DNA from: Sulfolobales archaeon | Lineage (GTDB): Archaea; Thermoproteota; Thermoprotei_A; Sulfolobales; AG1 | Direction of reading: 5' to 3' | Length of the DNA stretch: 64,000 bases | Assembly (NCBI GenBank): GCA_038867615.1 | Contig: JAWBYA010000003.1 | Coordinates: 160,001 to 224,000, forward strand | Shown here: piece by piece, positions 9,805 through 19,131 of the stretch | Position numbering within the stretch: position 1 is the first letter of the stretch | How the letters are laid out: each line of letters starts with the position of its first letter | The notes under the pieces: generated by a model | Seen by the model: the letters and a program-made list of their open reading frames with translations, nothing else | What the model was told of the DNA's origin: nothing | Databases searched by the model: none | Translations under genes and position numbers: made by a program

Positions 9805-11586
9805 ATGACAAAAGATCTTGCTGACGAGACGAGCATCGCCCTAGGCGTAAAAACACAAGAAACAGTCGTGAGATCCCTAGCTGTGGGGGTATTGATAGGT
9901 GCTCTCATGGGCTTTGTCAATAGCTATGGTTACGCGGTAACAGGGTATATTGTTGCCGAAATAAGCCTTGTTGTGGTTCCAATCATAGCCAGGCTTCTCT
10001 TGGGTGGCAGGGCAGAGCCCCAGGAGATCTTTTTAGCGTCTGTGGCAGCATTCGGCGTCTCGTTCTCGACTGTGATAACTTCTGGTATGGTGATTACTTT
10101 CTTTCTAACCTCGAATATCTATCAGATCTTCTATAGAGCCAATGATTTCCCACAATGGCTTTATAGCGATGTAGCCACATGTCTTCCAAATATATTTGCG
10201 TGCCAGTGGCCCTATACATACATAGCGCTAGCAGCACTCAGCCTTACTGGAGTTGGTTTTGCATATATGTTTAGACACATATTCCTTGATAAACTAAACC
10301 TACCATATCCGATAGGCATTGCATCGGCGCTAATGAGTCAGATTGTGACAACAGTCAGGACCAGCAGGATTATTCTTCTCTCGATACTCGCTGGAATCCT
10401 TCTCCAGCTGGGTTTCCTCATTCTACCAACAGGGTCTGTAGATCTAACTCCTCTTTTCGCAGAGAAAGGGTTAGGAGTGTTGGTTAAGCTATCTTTGGAT
10501 GTAACGATGCTGTTGATAGCCTTGATAATACCCCCACGTATATCCGGGAGTATAGGTAGTGGTAGCATTATAACATCCCTATTCCTCCTCCCCTTAGGTG
10601 CTTCTCTAGCCCTATACCCAGTACGCCCTGGCGCCTCTTCAGACGAGCTTTTAAACGCCTCCTCGTGGTATTTAGCATCCCTTGTCTTCGGATCGGTGAT
10701 CCCATTGCTTTTAGCTATATTGAAGAGTATAAGGACGCCTCTAGTATATCTGCTTAGGACTATAAACGAAAGTGCGAGATCCTTATCCCTTATGTTACTT
10801 CTATTCGTGGGTTTGCTAGGACTTCTTGTCCTAGCATACCTCAGGTCGGACTCTCCCGGTCCTTGGTTCATATTCTTCGGACTGATCCTTGTTATGATCA
10901 TAATACCCCTGCTCATCATAATAACCTCGTGGGGTGCTGGCGAGGCAGGAACCGTTTCGCAGGCTTTCTACCCATCATCTACTGTCTATATGTATGTCAC
11001 GGGGTTCAGGGGTTTTGCTCCATATGTTTATCTCGATCACTATTTAGGCGTGCCTATGCCATCTGCGCTGAGCGCTGCCTCTCTACAGATCCTCAGGGGA
11101 TCAAGGATCCTGGGTGTGTCGCCCCTAACAGCTCTTACGGTGTTTTCTCTATCATACCTTCTAGGATCTCTAGTAACGATATACTATGGCGCACTCCTCA
11201 TAAGCATCTATGGCAATGACCCTTCAAAAATGCCTCTCGATAGATGGATACCATATACGATTTGGAGCTTAACTATATATAGGGGAGAACTAGATCCTTG
11301 GCAAACCCTCCCAGGAGCAACTGTGGGGGCTGTAACGGCAACTATGTTGCTTCTGGCAAACAGGTTTTTGGGGCAGGCTTTATCTCCAATACCCTTTATA
11401 ATTGGGCTCACATTACCATCGGATCTAGGCGTGCTCTTCATACTGGGCTCTTTTATCAGGTGGCTTGTATCTAGATTCGGGGCTGTTGCCGAGAAACAGT
11501 TTGTTATGTTGGTGAGCTCAGCATTGGCAGGAGCGGGGATAGCTATTGTGATCTACACGTTTGGTAGCATGTTCGGGCTCTTCTAG
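9805..11586 (+). CDS. OPT-family oligopeptide transporter-like protein
   Basis: About 15 TM segments; the FRHIFLDKLNLPYPIGIASA motif is typical of OPT/YSL proteins. Confidence 0.75.
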   Translation: MTKDLADETSIALGVKTQETVVRSLAVGVLIGALMGFVNSYGYAVTGYIVAEISLVVVPIIARLLLGGRAEPQEIFLASVAAFGVSFSTVITSGMVITFFLTSNIYQIFYRANDFPQWLYSDVATCLPNIFACQWPYTYIALAALSLTGVGFAYMFRHIFLDKLNLPYPIGIASALMSQIVTTVRTSRIILLSILAGILLQLGFLILPTGSVDLTPLFAEKGLGVLVKLSLDVTMLLIALIIPPRISGSIGSGSIITSLFLLPLGASLALYPVRPGASSDELLNASSWYLASLVFGSVIPLLLAILKSIRTPLVYLLRTINESARSLSLMLLLFVGLLGLLVLAYLRSDSPGPWFIFFGLILVMIIIPLLIIITSWGAGEAGTVSQAFYPSSTVYMYVTGFRGFAPYVYLDHYLGVPMPSALSAASLQILRGSRILGVSPLTALTVFSLSYLLGSLVTIYYGALLISIYGNDPSKMPLDRWIPYTIWSLTIYRGELDPWQTLPGATVGAVTATMLLLANRFLGQALSPIPFIIGLTLPSDLGVLFILGSFIRWLVSRFGAVAEKQFVMLVSSALAGAGIAIVIYTFGSMFGLF

Positions 11587-11596
11587 GTGGTGGTAT

Positions 11597-13255
11597 ATGG
11601 ATATCCTAGCCATGATCCATATAGCTATTTCTCTGGCGGCTCTCGCGTTGCTCTTAGTGATCTTTGTGAGAATGCTCAGGACAGAGTATCTTGGCGATGA
11701 GCGTAGATCTATTGTGTATGGTTTAAAAAACCAGCAGATATCATCCCAGTTTATAATTCTAGCTAGGTATGTGAAGAAGCTCATAGCGTCTTGGGAGTAT
11801 TTGTTACTGATCATAACATTTATAGCTATGGCGTCAGTGCTCTCTTACCATGTAGAAGAGAGGGGAACCATATCTATGACCCTGATACCTATAGGCATTC
11901 ATCTTACAGAGAACCTTTCCATACTCTACTCATCTAGCGGGTTAAACCTAACAAGCCTACCAGAGGGAGTGGTGGTAGTGGAAATCTACCTAGGAGCCCT
12001 TGACGAACCAACAGTTATAGAGGCTGGACAAAGGATCTTCAGAGCATTTAGCGTTATTGCTATAAGCTGTAACCTTGAAGCTAGCAATACCCCAGAGTCA
12101 GGGTTTAGGGAGCTGCTTCTTACTATATGCCAGCCTAGAGATGATAGATCTATATATCTGGTGACCAACAGACCCTTGGATAACATGAGCTATGATAGGG
12201 CTATCCTCTATTATAAAGATAAAGAGCTGGGGGTCAGGGTAGAAGGCTATGGTGAGAATCTTCTTAAGGCTCTTAAAAGCATACCATGCGTGGGCGATAG
12301 TACTTCTGGATTCGTTAGCTCTATGAGATATAGTGGGGGTTTGGTGACACCTAGAAGGTTTATAGAGATCTTTGGTCTCGATAACCCTAGCATAGTTGTT
12401 GTATCAAACATAACCTCAGCAATAGGTATTGAGAGGCTTAGAGACACAGGAGCCGAGATCATATGTAGCGGGGCACAAAGATCGGGAGAAGCAATCATGT
12501 ATACCGTCTATAGACATAGACCTGTTATTCAACAGCTGATCGATATCATCATTGCCGGTTTAGCTGGTGGTGTGATTTTAATAATATTCAATAGATCTGT
12601 TATTCCTAGGATCATGCCCGGTAGTGAGGCTATACTGATATCAGGCGGTACATACTGGATTTCAAGACTTTTACCACTCGTATCAATAGCCGTTGCAGAG
12701 CTGCTCTCGCTGTTGGTGTTCACACTATCCTACTCAATGCTCCTCCCGCTGGGAATGGGTGGAGAGCCTTTTATAAGCCCTCCAGGTTTTCTGTTGGTCT
12801 CAGTAATATCTCTCTCCATATCTGTAGCCCATATGATGAGGGTGAAGACCTCATACACTACGGTTTCTGCAGCATATATTGAGAAGGCTATCCCGGTGCG
12901 TGAGTATAGCTATGTGGTTGAAGATCTATCTCATAAGGATGTCTCAAGATCTATTGCCAAAGCGCTAGAGACCAGCGAGTTCTTCTCCATTATGGAGAGA
13001 GAGGTTATGGAGAAGGAGGATGTGGTTAGCATGAGGCTAAGGCTTCTCTATAGATATGCAATAGGTGTGGGGGCAGATGTTAGCATATATATATCAAAGC
13101 ACAATAACGGATCATTCATAGATGTTGAAGTCGAACCCTGGAGTGTCGATGCTAGTAGGGGAGGTGTCATTGACAGTGTAGCCAGAATGATCCTAAGTAG
13201 GATCTCGGGGGTGATAATTGTTGACAGAATCTCTAGGGATCTTGGCAAGAACTAA
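11597..13255 (+). CDS. uncharacterised membrane protein (FtsX/MacB-like topology)
   Basis: N-terminal TMs, a large extracytoplasmic loop, about 3-4 TMs and a C-terminal soluble domain; ATG after GGTGGTGG SD. Confidence 0.6.
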   Translation: MDILAMIHIAISLAALALLLVIFVRMLRTEYLGDERRSIVYGLKNQQISSQFIILARYVKKLIASWEYLLLIITFIAMASVLSYHVEERGTISMTLIPIGIHLTENLSILYSSSGLNLTSLPEGVVVVEIYLGALDEPTVIEAGQRIFRAFSVIAISCNLEASNTPESGFRELLLTICQPRDDRSIYLVTNRPLDNMSYDRAILYYKDKELGVRVEGYGENLLKALKSIPCVGDSTSGFVSSMRYSGGLVTPRRFIEIFGLDNPSIVVVSNITSAIGIERLRDTGAEIICSGAQRSGEAIMYTVYRHRPVIQQLIDIIIAGLAGGVILIIFNRSVIPRIMPGSEAILISGGTYWISRLLPLVSIAVAELLSLLVFTLSYSMLLPLGMGGEPFISPPGFLLVSVISLSISVAHMMRVKTSYTTVSAAYIEKAIPVREYSYVVEDLSHKDVSRSIAKALETSEFFSIMEREVMEKEDVVSMRLRLLYRYAIGVGADVSIYISKHNNGSFIDVEVEPWSVDASRGGVIDSVARMILSRISGVIIVDRISRDLGKN

Positions 13256-13616
13256 CTCCCTATGGTTTAGAAGATCGGCAGCTCTCTTCTTAGCAGCGGC
13301 TACGATGATCAACACAATATTGGTTATAGAGATCCCCAAGGGTTTTACAGCCTATGCCTACTCCATAGTCTCGTCAATAGCTATTTCGATCTTAACCCTC
13401 AGCGGGCTTAAGAATACTTTAGAAAGCTTTTTCAGAGCACTGCTTTACTGTGGTGGGGGAAGGGTTAGCAGGATTACAGTGCTGCTATACACTTCTATAA
13501 TAGCATCTCTGCCAAGCTATCCTATATCTGTTTTGCTAAACGCCCCCTATGTATCTATTGCAGTCTTTGCTCTATCGTTGTTATATGTATCAAGGATCTC
13601 TAAGTATGTTGGGTGA
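13218..13616 (+). CDS. small 4-TM membrane protein
   Basis: TTG after GGGGTGA SD; hydrophobic; overlaps the upstream gene, consistent with an operon. Confidence 0.65.
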   Translation: MLTESLGILARTNSLWFRRSAALFLAAATMINTILVIEIPKGFTAYAYSIVSSIAISILTLSGLKNTLESFFRALLYCGGGRVSRITVLLYTSIIASLPSYPISVLLNAPYVSIAVFALSLLYVSRISKYVG

Positions 13617-13620
13617 CACG

Positions 13621-14115
13621 CTAGACAGATCTTTGTGCTACTCCGTATCTACTATCATATTCATGCGCCCTTTTGATCGCTCTCCTTAGGGTTCCCGTGA
13701 TCTTTATGGGCATTACTATTATCACAGCGTCGCCACACCTCCTTAGCCTCGATATAGCAAAGATCGTCTTGTATATATCTGTAGAAACGATCCTAACGAT
13801 CCCCACACCGCTTTGGGCATTATATCTCACCAGTTTTAGACTCCTCTCAACATCATCGAAGATCCCCAGTTGTTCTGCGAAATGATTTTTGAAACATTTA
13901 TCGAGATTCTCAAAGTCTATTTCACCCTTAATCCTATAGATCCTGAACACCATATATCTTTTCGAATGTCTAGGTCTCTTATATTCAACACTGCTCTCCA
14001 TCGACACTAGATGTTGTCTTTTCATAGAGATGTAGAGCCATATAGAGATCGAGACGGATGTTATAGATAATGTGAGTGCCAAGAGAATCAATATAGATTC
14101 AAGCCAGGTCTCCAT
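13621..14115 (-). CDS. rnp2: ribonuclease P protein component 2 (Pop5/Rpp14) with N-terminal hydrophobic helix
   Basis: KRYMVFRIY, GVGIVRI and ITGTLRRA Pop5 motifs; directly downstream of Rpp30. Confidence 0.85.
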   Translation of the reverse strand: METWLESILILLALTLSITSVSISIWLYISMKRQHLVSMESSVEYKRPRHSKRYMVFRIYRIKGEIDFENLDKCFKNHFAEQLGIFDDVERSLKLVRYNAQSGVGIVRIVSTDIYKTIFAISRLRRCGDAVIIVMPIKITGTLRRAIKRAHEYDSRYGVAQRSV

Positions 14116-14678
14116 CTCCTAACTACCTCAACCCACCCGAAAGCCATGTTAATAAATCGTCTATCGACTAGTGCGTAGAGAATTCTTATAGATCCTGGAG
14201 CCCATATCTCAACAGGATCTCTAGCTCCTGATGAGAACGCCACATCTATACCCTCCTTAGCTGCCAGTCTTACACATCTAATAATTCTTGAGAGAAACCT
14301 GGGCATTATCTTGTTGTCTAGAAGCGCGCTGATCACGATCTCAATTGCTAATGAGCCCCTCCTCATAACCTCGATCTGCTCCTCATCACATAGATCTATA
14401 TTGTTATGGTCGAAAAGCAATGTAGATGCTCTCCTAACTTTCCCAGCCCTTCTTGCATCGCTCCTAGTATTTGGTCTAAAAGCTACTAGGAATCCGCTGC
14501 TTGGTCTGAAGAGGCTTATGTCTTTAACTACTTTTCTCGGGATTATTAAAAGCTCCCCTATATTATGTATCTTATCAACATCAACACGACCGATAACCTT
14601 ATAACCTATCTCAGTGTAGAGGGATGCTGCATGGCTGGGGTCTCCTTCTATCATTGTCAACAGATCCGCGTAGATCAG
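14088..14678 (-). CDS. rnp3: ribonuclease P protein component 3 (Rpp30); start uncertain (CTG 14678, or TTG 14726/14660)
   Basis: IYADL N-terminus, LAIEI and FSSGARDPVEIWAP Rpp30 motifs; conserved gene order DUF54-rnp3-rnp2. Confidence 0.8.
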   Translation of the reverse strand: MIYADLLTMIEGDPSHAASLYTEIGYKVIGRVDVDKIHNIGELLIIPRKVVKDISLFRPSSGFLVAFRPNTRSDARRAGKVRRASTLLFDHNNIDLCDEEQIEVMRRGSLAIEIVISALLDNKIMPRFLSRIIRCVRLAAKEGIDVAFSSGARDPVEIWAPGSIRILYALVDRRFINMAFGWVEVVRRWRPGLNLY

Positions 14679-14679
14679 T

Positions 14680-15147
14680 TCAGACCTCACCCCGCAAGGA
14701 TCTGAAAACACGCTCCACAAAACCAATGCTTCTAGCCCCTGGCAGGGTTAGCACGACTCTTATTATATCATCCCCATCCATGATCCTTATCCTCCCTAGA
14801 TACGCATCCTGTTTAGAGATCCTGATAAAAACCCTACCCTTACCATCGAACCTCCTATCAAGCGTATAGATCATCGTTTCGAAATCACCCTTTTCAAGCC
14901 TGGATAAGATATAGCCAGCTATACGCTCGGCACTTTTACCCTTAAACCTAGCCACGATCCTCGTTATCGGGTTTCCATAATGCCCCTCAAGAGAATCCAT
15001 ACTATATACCCTCTCAAACTCTCCCCAGAGATCCTTTGGCATGATATTCTTTACAGCCTCTAGCACTCTCCCCAGATCCTCTGTGGCATGAGATATGGTT
15101 GATATCTCAACTATACTCACCCATCCCTGCCTAGCACGAGACTCCAT
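14680..15147 (-). CDS. DUF54 RNA-binding protein (COG1325-type)
   Basis: HATEDLGRV, EGHYGNPI and RISKQDAYLG motifs. Confidence 0.85.
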   Translation of the reverse strand: MESRARQGWVSIVEISTISHATEDLGRVLEAVKNIMPKDLWGEFERVYSMDSLEGHYGNPITRIVARFKGKSAERIAGYILSRLEKGDFETMIYTLDRRFDGKGRVFIRISKQDAYLGRIRIMDGDDIIRVVLTLPGARSIGFVERVFRSLRGEV

Positions 15148-15522
15148 TGTTCAGACCCTCCTACCACGAGAAAATCTTTTGAACAAACCTACAGAATCTA
15201 TAATCTCTCTTCTGGGAAGAATTTTCACAGTTGTAGAACAAAGCAGTTCCGTACCCTCCCACCATCAATTATACCAGGGAACTAATTAGTAGCAAACCAG
15301 GACTCTTTTCACTGGGGTCTTTATCTTTGGTCTCTGCCTGTTTGGGGTGGCCCTGATCCGTAGCTCTTTTTTGTTGTGTTGTTCTGCTAAGTGCTGTGGT
15401 GAAACCCCTTATCTCGGCTCTGCTGCAAAATAACCTATATAATGCTCCCCAGAACCACAGACCCAATATACTCAACATCATTTCTTATAAGCCCTCATGA
15501 GATCCGAAACGGCTGGCTACGG

Positions 15523-16863
15523 TTATATTTTTGCAGAGATCTTTTTATATATAGCCTTATACTCTGCTATCACAATATCCGTGTTCTCTGTTATGATCCA
15601 TAATTGTGTGATGAAGAGTGCGGTAAAGAGCGGGGCGAGCTGAACCATGTAGAAGCTGTACTGTGAGTGGTTACCAGCTATCCAGAGAACTACGTATCCC
15701 AGCCATGTTAGGAAGCTGGCGATCGCGAGCATCGAGATGCATTGAAAAACCCTTGCAAGGGTTATAAGAAATACTGCAAGGACCAAGGAGCCTATGTAAA
15801 CATATATATTGCCCCTAGCAACAGTGTCTGGCGACACCGTTAGGTAGAAGGGGTTCTCGCCATACAGCCACATCCACGGGGCTGAGACTGGAGGTCCCTC
15901 GCCGGGTGGTGTTTTTGTTTTGAGATGCCAGTTTATGGCCCCAACCATGCTTTGTTCATACCAGGTTTGGGGGCTGAAAGATATTATTATGGGTATGTTT
16001 ATTAGTATGAAAACAGCTATTGGAACTATTATGAGATCTCGGTATATTTTCACGATGCTGTTGCCTCTCATTATTATAGCTATAAGTAGCAGGGGTAGCG
16101 CGGTGAATGCACCGCTCATTTTTGTCGATACGGCGAGTCCGAGGAAGACTCCTGATAGCGTTAAGGATCCTTTTAGCATAGCGTATACAGATAAGGCTGT
16201 AAAGAGGGCTAGGAAGATGTCCAGCATAGCAACTCCAGCCATACTTCTTACCAGGGGGTCTGCGGCTGTTAGTATTGATGCAAGCACGGCGTAAACATTA
16301 CTTCTGGTTATCTCTCTCACTATGAGTCCAACTACTATGCATAACAATCCTCCAGAGATCATGCTTGGAATCCTCCACATATCTGGATAATCCCCCAGAA
16401 GGATCATTGGTAACATTATAAGATACTTTCCCAGAGGCGGGTGCTCCATGTTATAGTAGTTGTTAATATTATCTGCATCACCATACTCATATCCAGGTTT
16501 AACCTCTATGACGCCCGGGATGCTTGAGATCTTCTCTAGGGTGTTGCTTGATTGTGCCTCAACATATATAGCCCATGCTTTTTCCAACCTTTTGATGATC
16601 TTAACTCCCTGTATCGATTGGATCTGATTAGCCATAGAGTTTAGGTCGATTGTCCGGCTTATAAACACGGTAGCTGTAGTGGTCTGTGTTTTTGGCTCTA
16701 TACCGAATTTTAGGAGAAGGTTTCTTGCAGCATCTACATACCACACCTCGTCAGAGATGTATGACTCACGGTAGGGGATGGAGGAGTAATAGCTATCAAC
16801 GGCAAATACAAATCCGAAGAATATTATGATAAAGGCTAGGGCTACATAGAGGCTTCTCCCCGT
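15523..16863 (-). CDS. GT-C / GT39 dolichyl-phosphate-mannose-protein mannosyltransferase-like glycosyltransferase; start proposed at ACG 16863
   Basis: ISDEVWY, NMEHPPLGKY, AMLDIF and STKMSG motifs. The frame stays open upstream of the GTG at 16746 through a TM helix up to the rpl37e stop. Confidence 0.85.
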   Translation of the reverse strand, partial: TGRSLYVALAFIIIFFGFVFAVDSYYSSIPYRESYISDEVWYVDAARNLLLKFGIEPKTQTTTATVFISRTIDLNSMANQIQSIQGVKIIKRLEKAWAIYVEAQSSNTLEKISSIPGVIEVKPGYEYGDADNINNYYNMEHPPLGKYLIMLPMILLGDYPDMWRIPSMISGGLLCIVVGLIVREITRSNVYAVLASILTAADPLVRSMAGVAMLDIFLALFTALSVYAMLKGSLTLSGVFLGLAVSTKMSGAFTALPLLLIAIIMRGNSIVKIYRDLIIVPIAVFILINIPIIISFSPQTWYEQSMVGAINWHLKTKTPPGEGPPVSAPWMWLYGENPFYLTVSPDTVARGNIYVYIGSLVLAVFLITLARVFQCISMLAIASFLTWLGYVVLWIAGNHSQYSFYMVQLAPLFTALFITQLWIITENTDIVIAEYKAIYKKISAKI

Positions 16864-16878
16864 GGCTCTGGCACCTAA

Positions 16879-17073
16879 CTATCTACTTGGGAGCCTGGCT
16901 CTATTCACCTTTCTAGGAGACCAGCTATATCTCCTCAACCTACTCGATCTGCCAAAACCACATGCTGCACAGTATTTTTTAGAAACATTATAGGCGACCC
17001 TCCCACATCTTCTACACTTTATATGGACAACCTTCCCGGATCTCTTCCCCATAGACGGTGTTCCTTTAACCAT
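16879..17073 (-). CDS. rpl37e: 50S ribosomal protein L37e
   Basis: [17 protein letters not shown] and CAACGFGRS motifs. Confidence 0.97.
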   Translation of the reverse strand: MVKGTPSMGKRSGKVVHIKCRRCGRVAYNVSKKYCAACGFGRSSRLRRYSWSPRKVNRARLPSR

Positions 17074-17087
17074 GGCTCACACCAGCC

Positions 17088-17318
17088 CTACTTAACCTCA
17101 GAAGGTGATATGAGAACAACATTTTCTCCCCTTATGACTATGGTTCCCAGTCTTCTCGTTGTACCGTCGGCTTTTATCTCTTCGGCATTATCGAGCACTA
17201 TATTTAGATACACATCAAAGCTTCTAAGCCTACCCCTAACATCCCTATCACCTCTAAGCCTTACGAGCACTATCTGGCCTATAGAATCACTCAATATCTT
17301 GTGAGCCGTCTCAGCCAC
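17088..17318 (-). CDS. Sm-like archaeal protein (SmAP1/Lsm)
   Basis: RGRLRSFDVYLNIVL and IRGENVVLISP Sm1/Sm2 motifs; the usual linkage to rpl37e. Confidence 0.95.
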   Translation of the reverse strand: MAETAHKILSDSIGQIVLVRLRGDRDVRGRLRSFDVYLNIVLDNAEEIKADGTTRRLGTIVIRGENVVLISPSEVK

Positions 17319-17719
17319 TCATCTCACCACTGCTTCACATAGAATTGAGTCTAGGGATATTTAAAGGCTATATCTAGATCTCTCCTTTACTCTTCGATAT
17401 TTGTTGGCATTATTTGACGCTTGTTATACCTAGGACTTCCGCACACCCGTATGGTTTCTGCCATTCGCAGGAGTTATAGGAGGAGTTATAGGTTGTGGTG
17501 ATGTCCATGGTGTTGGAATTATGTCGCAGTTGGGAAGACCTCGATTGCGGCAAGATTCGCGAAAACTATGGAATCTTATTGGAAACGCTGGTTAAGGAAG
17601 ACGCTGGTAAATTCGAGCTGAACCTCTATATTGGTTAACCATACCGGCTGTATAGCGGCTGTATATCCCTGGAATCCATGGCTATATCGCCCTCTACGCA
17701 CCTTATACACGGTGCTATA

Positions 17720-19042
17720 ATGACCGTCCAGAGACATCCTGCGGTGCCCAGGGGATTTAGGGATATGGGGCCTGAGGAGATGATTCTCAGGAAAAGCGTT
17801 GTAGCTAAAATAGAAAGTATTTTTAGGAGGTTTGGTTTCGATCCGATAGACACGCCTTCTGTGGAGCTTTTCGAGGTTATGGCCGGCAAGTATGGTGAGG
17901 AGGCCGAGAATAAGCTTATGTGGAGGTTTAAAGATCCTTGGGGTGATAGAGAGTATGCTTTGAGATACGATTTAACAGTCCCTCTGGCTAGATACATAGC
18001 AATGCATAGAGACACCCCAATGCCTTTCAAGAGATACCATATAGCTCCTGTCTGGCGGCACGAGGAGCCCCAGAGGGGGAGGTATAGGGAGTTCTATCAA
18101 TGCGACGCAGATATAGTCGGCTCGCCATATCCGGAGGCTGATGCCGAGATACTGCTGCTAGCCGAGACTATATATAGAGAGCTCGGGATAGATGGTGTTA
18201 AGATCCTTGTGAACGATAGGAGGATCCTGAGGGGTGTTTTTGAGAAGGAGCTTGGGATAGAAAACCCGCTGGGGGTTTATAGGGCTATAGATAAGCTCGA
18301 CAAGATCGGTATTGAGGGTGTTAGGAATGAGCTGAAATCACTAGGTATGGGTGATAATGTTATCGAGAAGGTGCTGGATGTTATATCAATGAGAATGCCT
18401 CTGAGCGAGGCTATTAGCGATCTCATGAGGAGATATGGTTCCAACGAACATGTTGTTAGCGGGGCTAGGCATTTAGAGGAGATCTCATCGATAGCTAGGT
18501 CTAAAAACATAGTGTTTGATATGTCACTAGTGAGAGGGCTGGATTACTATACAGGACCAATATTTGAGGCTATTACTGAAAGAGTAAGGATAGGCTCTAT
18601 AGGTGGCGGGGGCAGATATGATGGCTTGATAGAGCTGTTCACAGGTGTAAGAACACCCGCTACGGGCTTCTCTATAGGGCTTGACAGGGTGATCGAGGTT
18701 GGGTTAGAGCTAGGGGTTTTCAGCTATTCGAGAAAGACATATACACAGGTCTATGTGGTGATTATGGAGAGAGATAAAGATATACTAGAATACTCGCTAG
18801 AAGTGATCAGGGATCTTAGGGAGAATGGTATAAATGTATCATGGGATCTTATGAGAAGATCTCATCAAAAACAGAGGGAACATGCAAGAAAACTATCAAT
18901 ACCCATATTAATATATATAGGCAAGGCCGAAGTTACGGGCAATAAGGTCACGGTATACTTAACAGAAAGCGGGGCGAGAGAAGTTATAGAGAGGGCAAGC
19001 CTGGCAAGATATATAAAAGAAAAGATATCACAGCAACAATAA
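17720..19042 (+). CDS. hisS: histidyl-tRNA synthetase
   Basis: PRGFRD, LRYDLTVPLAR, WRHEEPQRGRYREFYQCD, RGLDYYTG and GGGRYDGL motifs. The ORF track starts at 17678. Confidence 0.97.
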   Translation: MTVQRHPAVPRGFRDMGPEEMILRKSVVAKIESIFRRFGFDPIDTPSVELFEVMAGKYGEEAENKLMWRFKDPWGDREYALRYDLTVPLARYIAMHRDTPMPFKRYHIAPVWRHEEPQRGRYREFYQCDADIVGSPYPEADAEILLLAETIYRELGIDGVKILVNDRRILRGVFEKELGIENPLGVYRAIDKLDKIGIEGVRNELKSLGMGDNVIEKVLDVISMRMPLSEAISDLMRRYGSNEHVVSGARHLEEISSIARSKNIVFDMSLVRGLDYYTGPIFEAITERVRIGSIGGGGRYDGLIELFTGVRTPATGFSIGLDRVIEVGLELGVFSYSRKTYTQVYVVIMERDKDILEYSLEVIRDLRENGINVSWDLMRRSHQKQREHARKLSIPILIYIGKAEVTGNKVTVYLTESGAREVIERASLARYIKEKISQQQ

Positions 19043-19131
19043 AAATCTCTCACCAACGCTGAGCAGCCCAGGATCTAGGGGAGGCTTGTCATATTGTATT
19101 AACCTCGTAAGGCATTCTAGTACGGGTTTCT

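Noticed and set aside
16864-16881. TAG readthrough or pyrrolysine fusing L37e to the GT-C enzyme
   Set aside because: The TAG is in frame, but TAG terminates many ordinary genes here, no pyl genes are visible, and an SD-ACG start is simpler.
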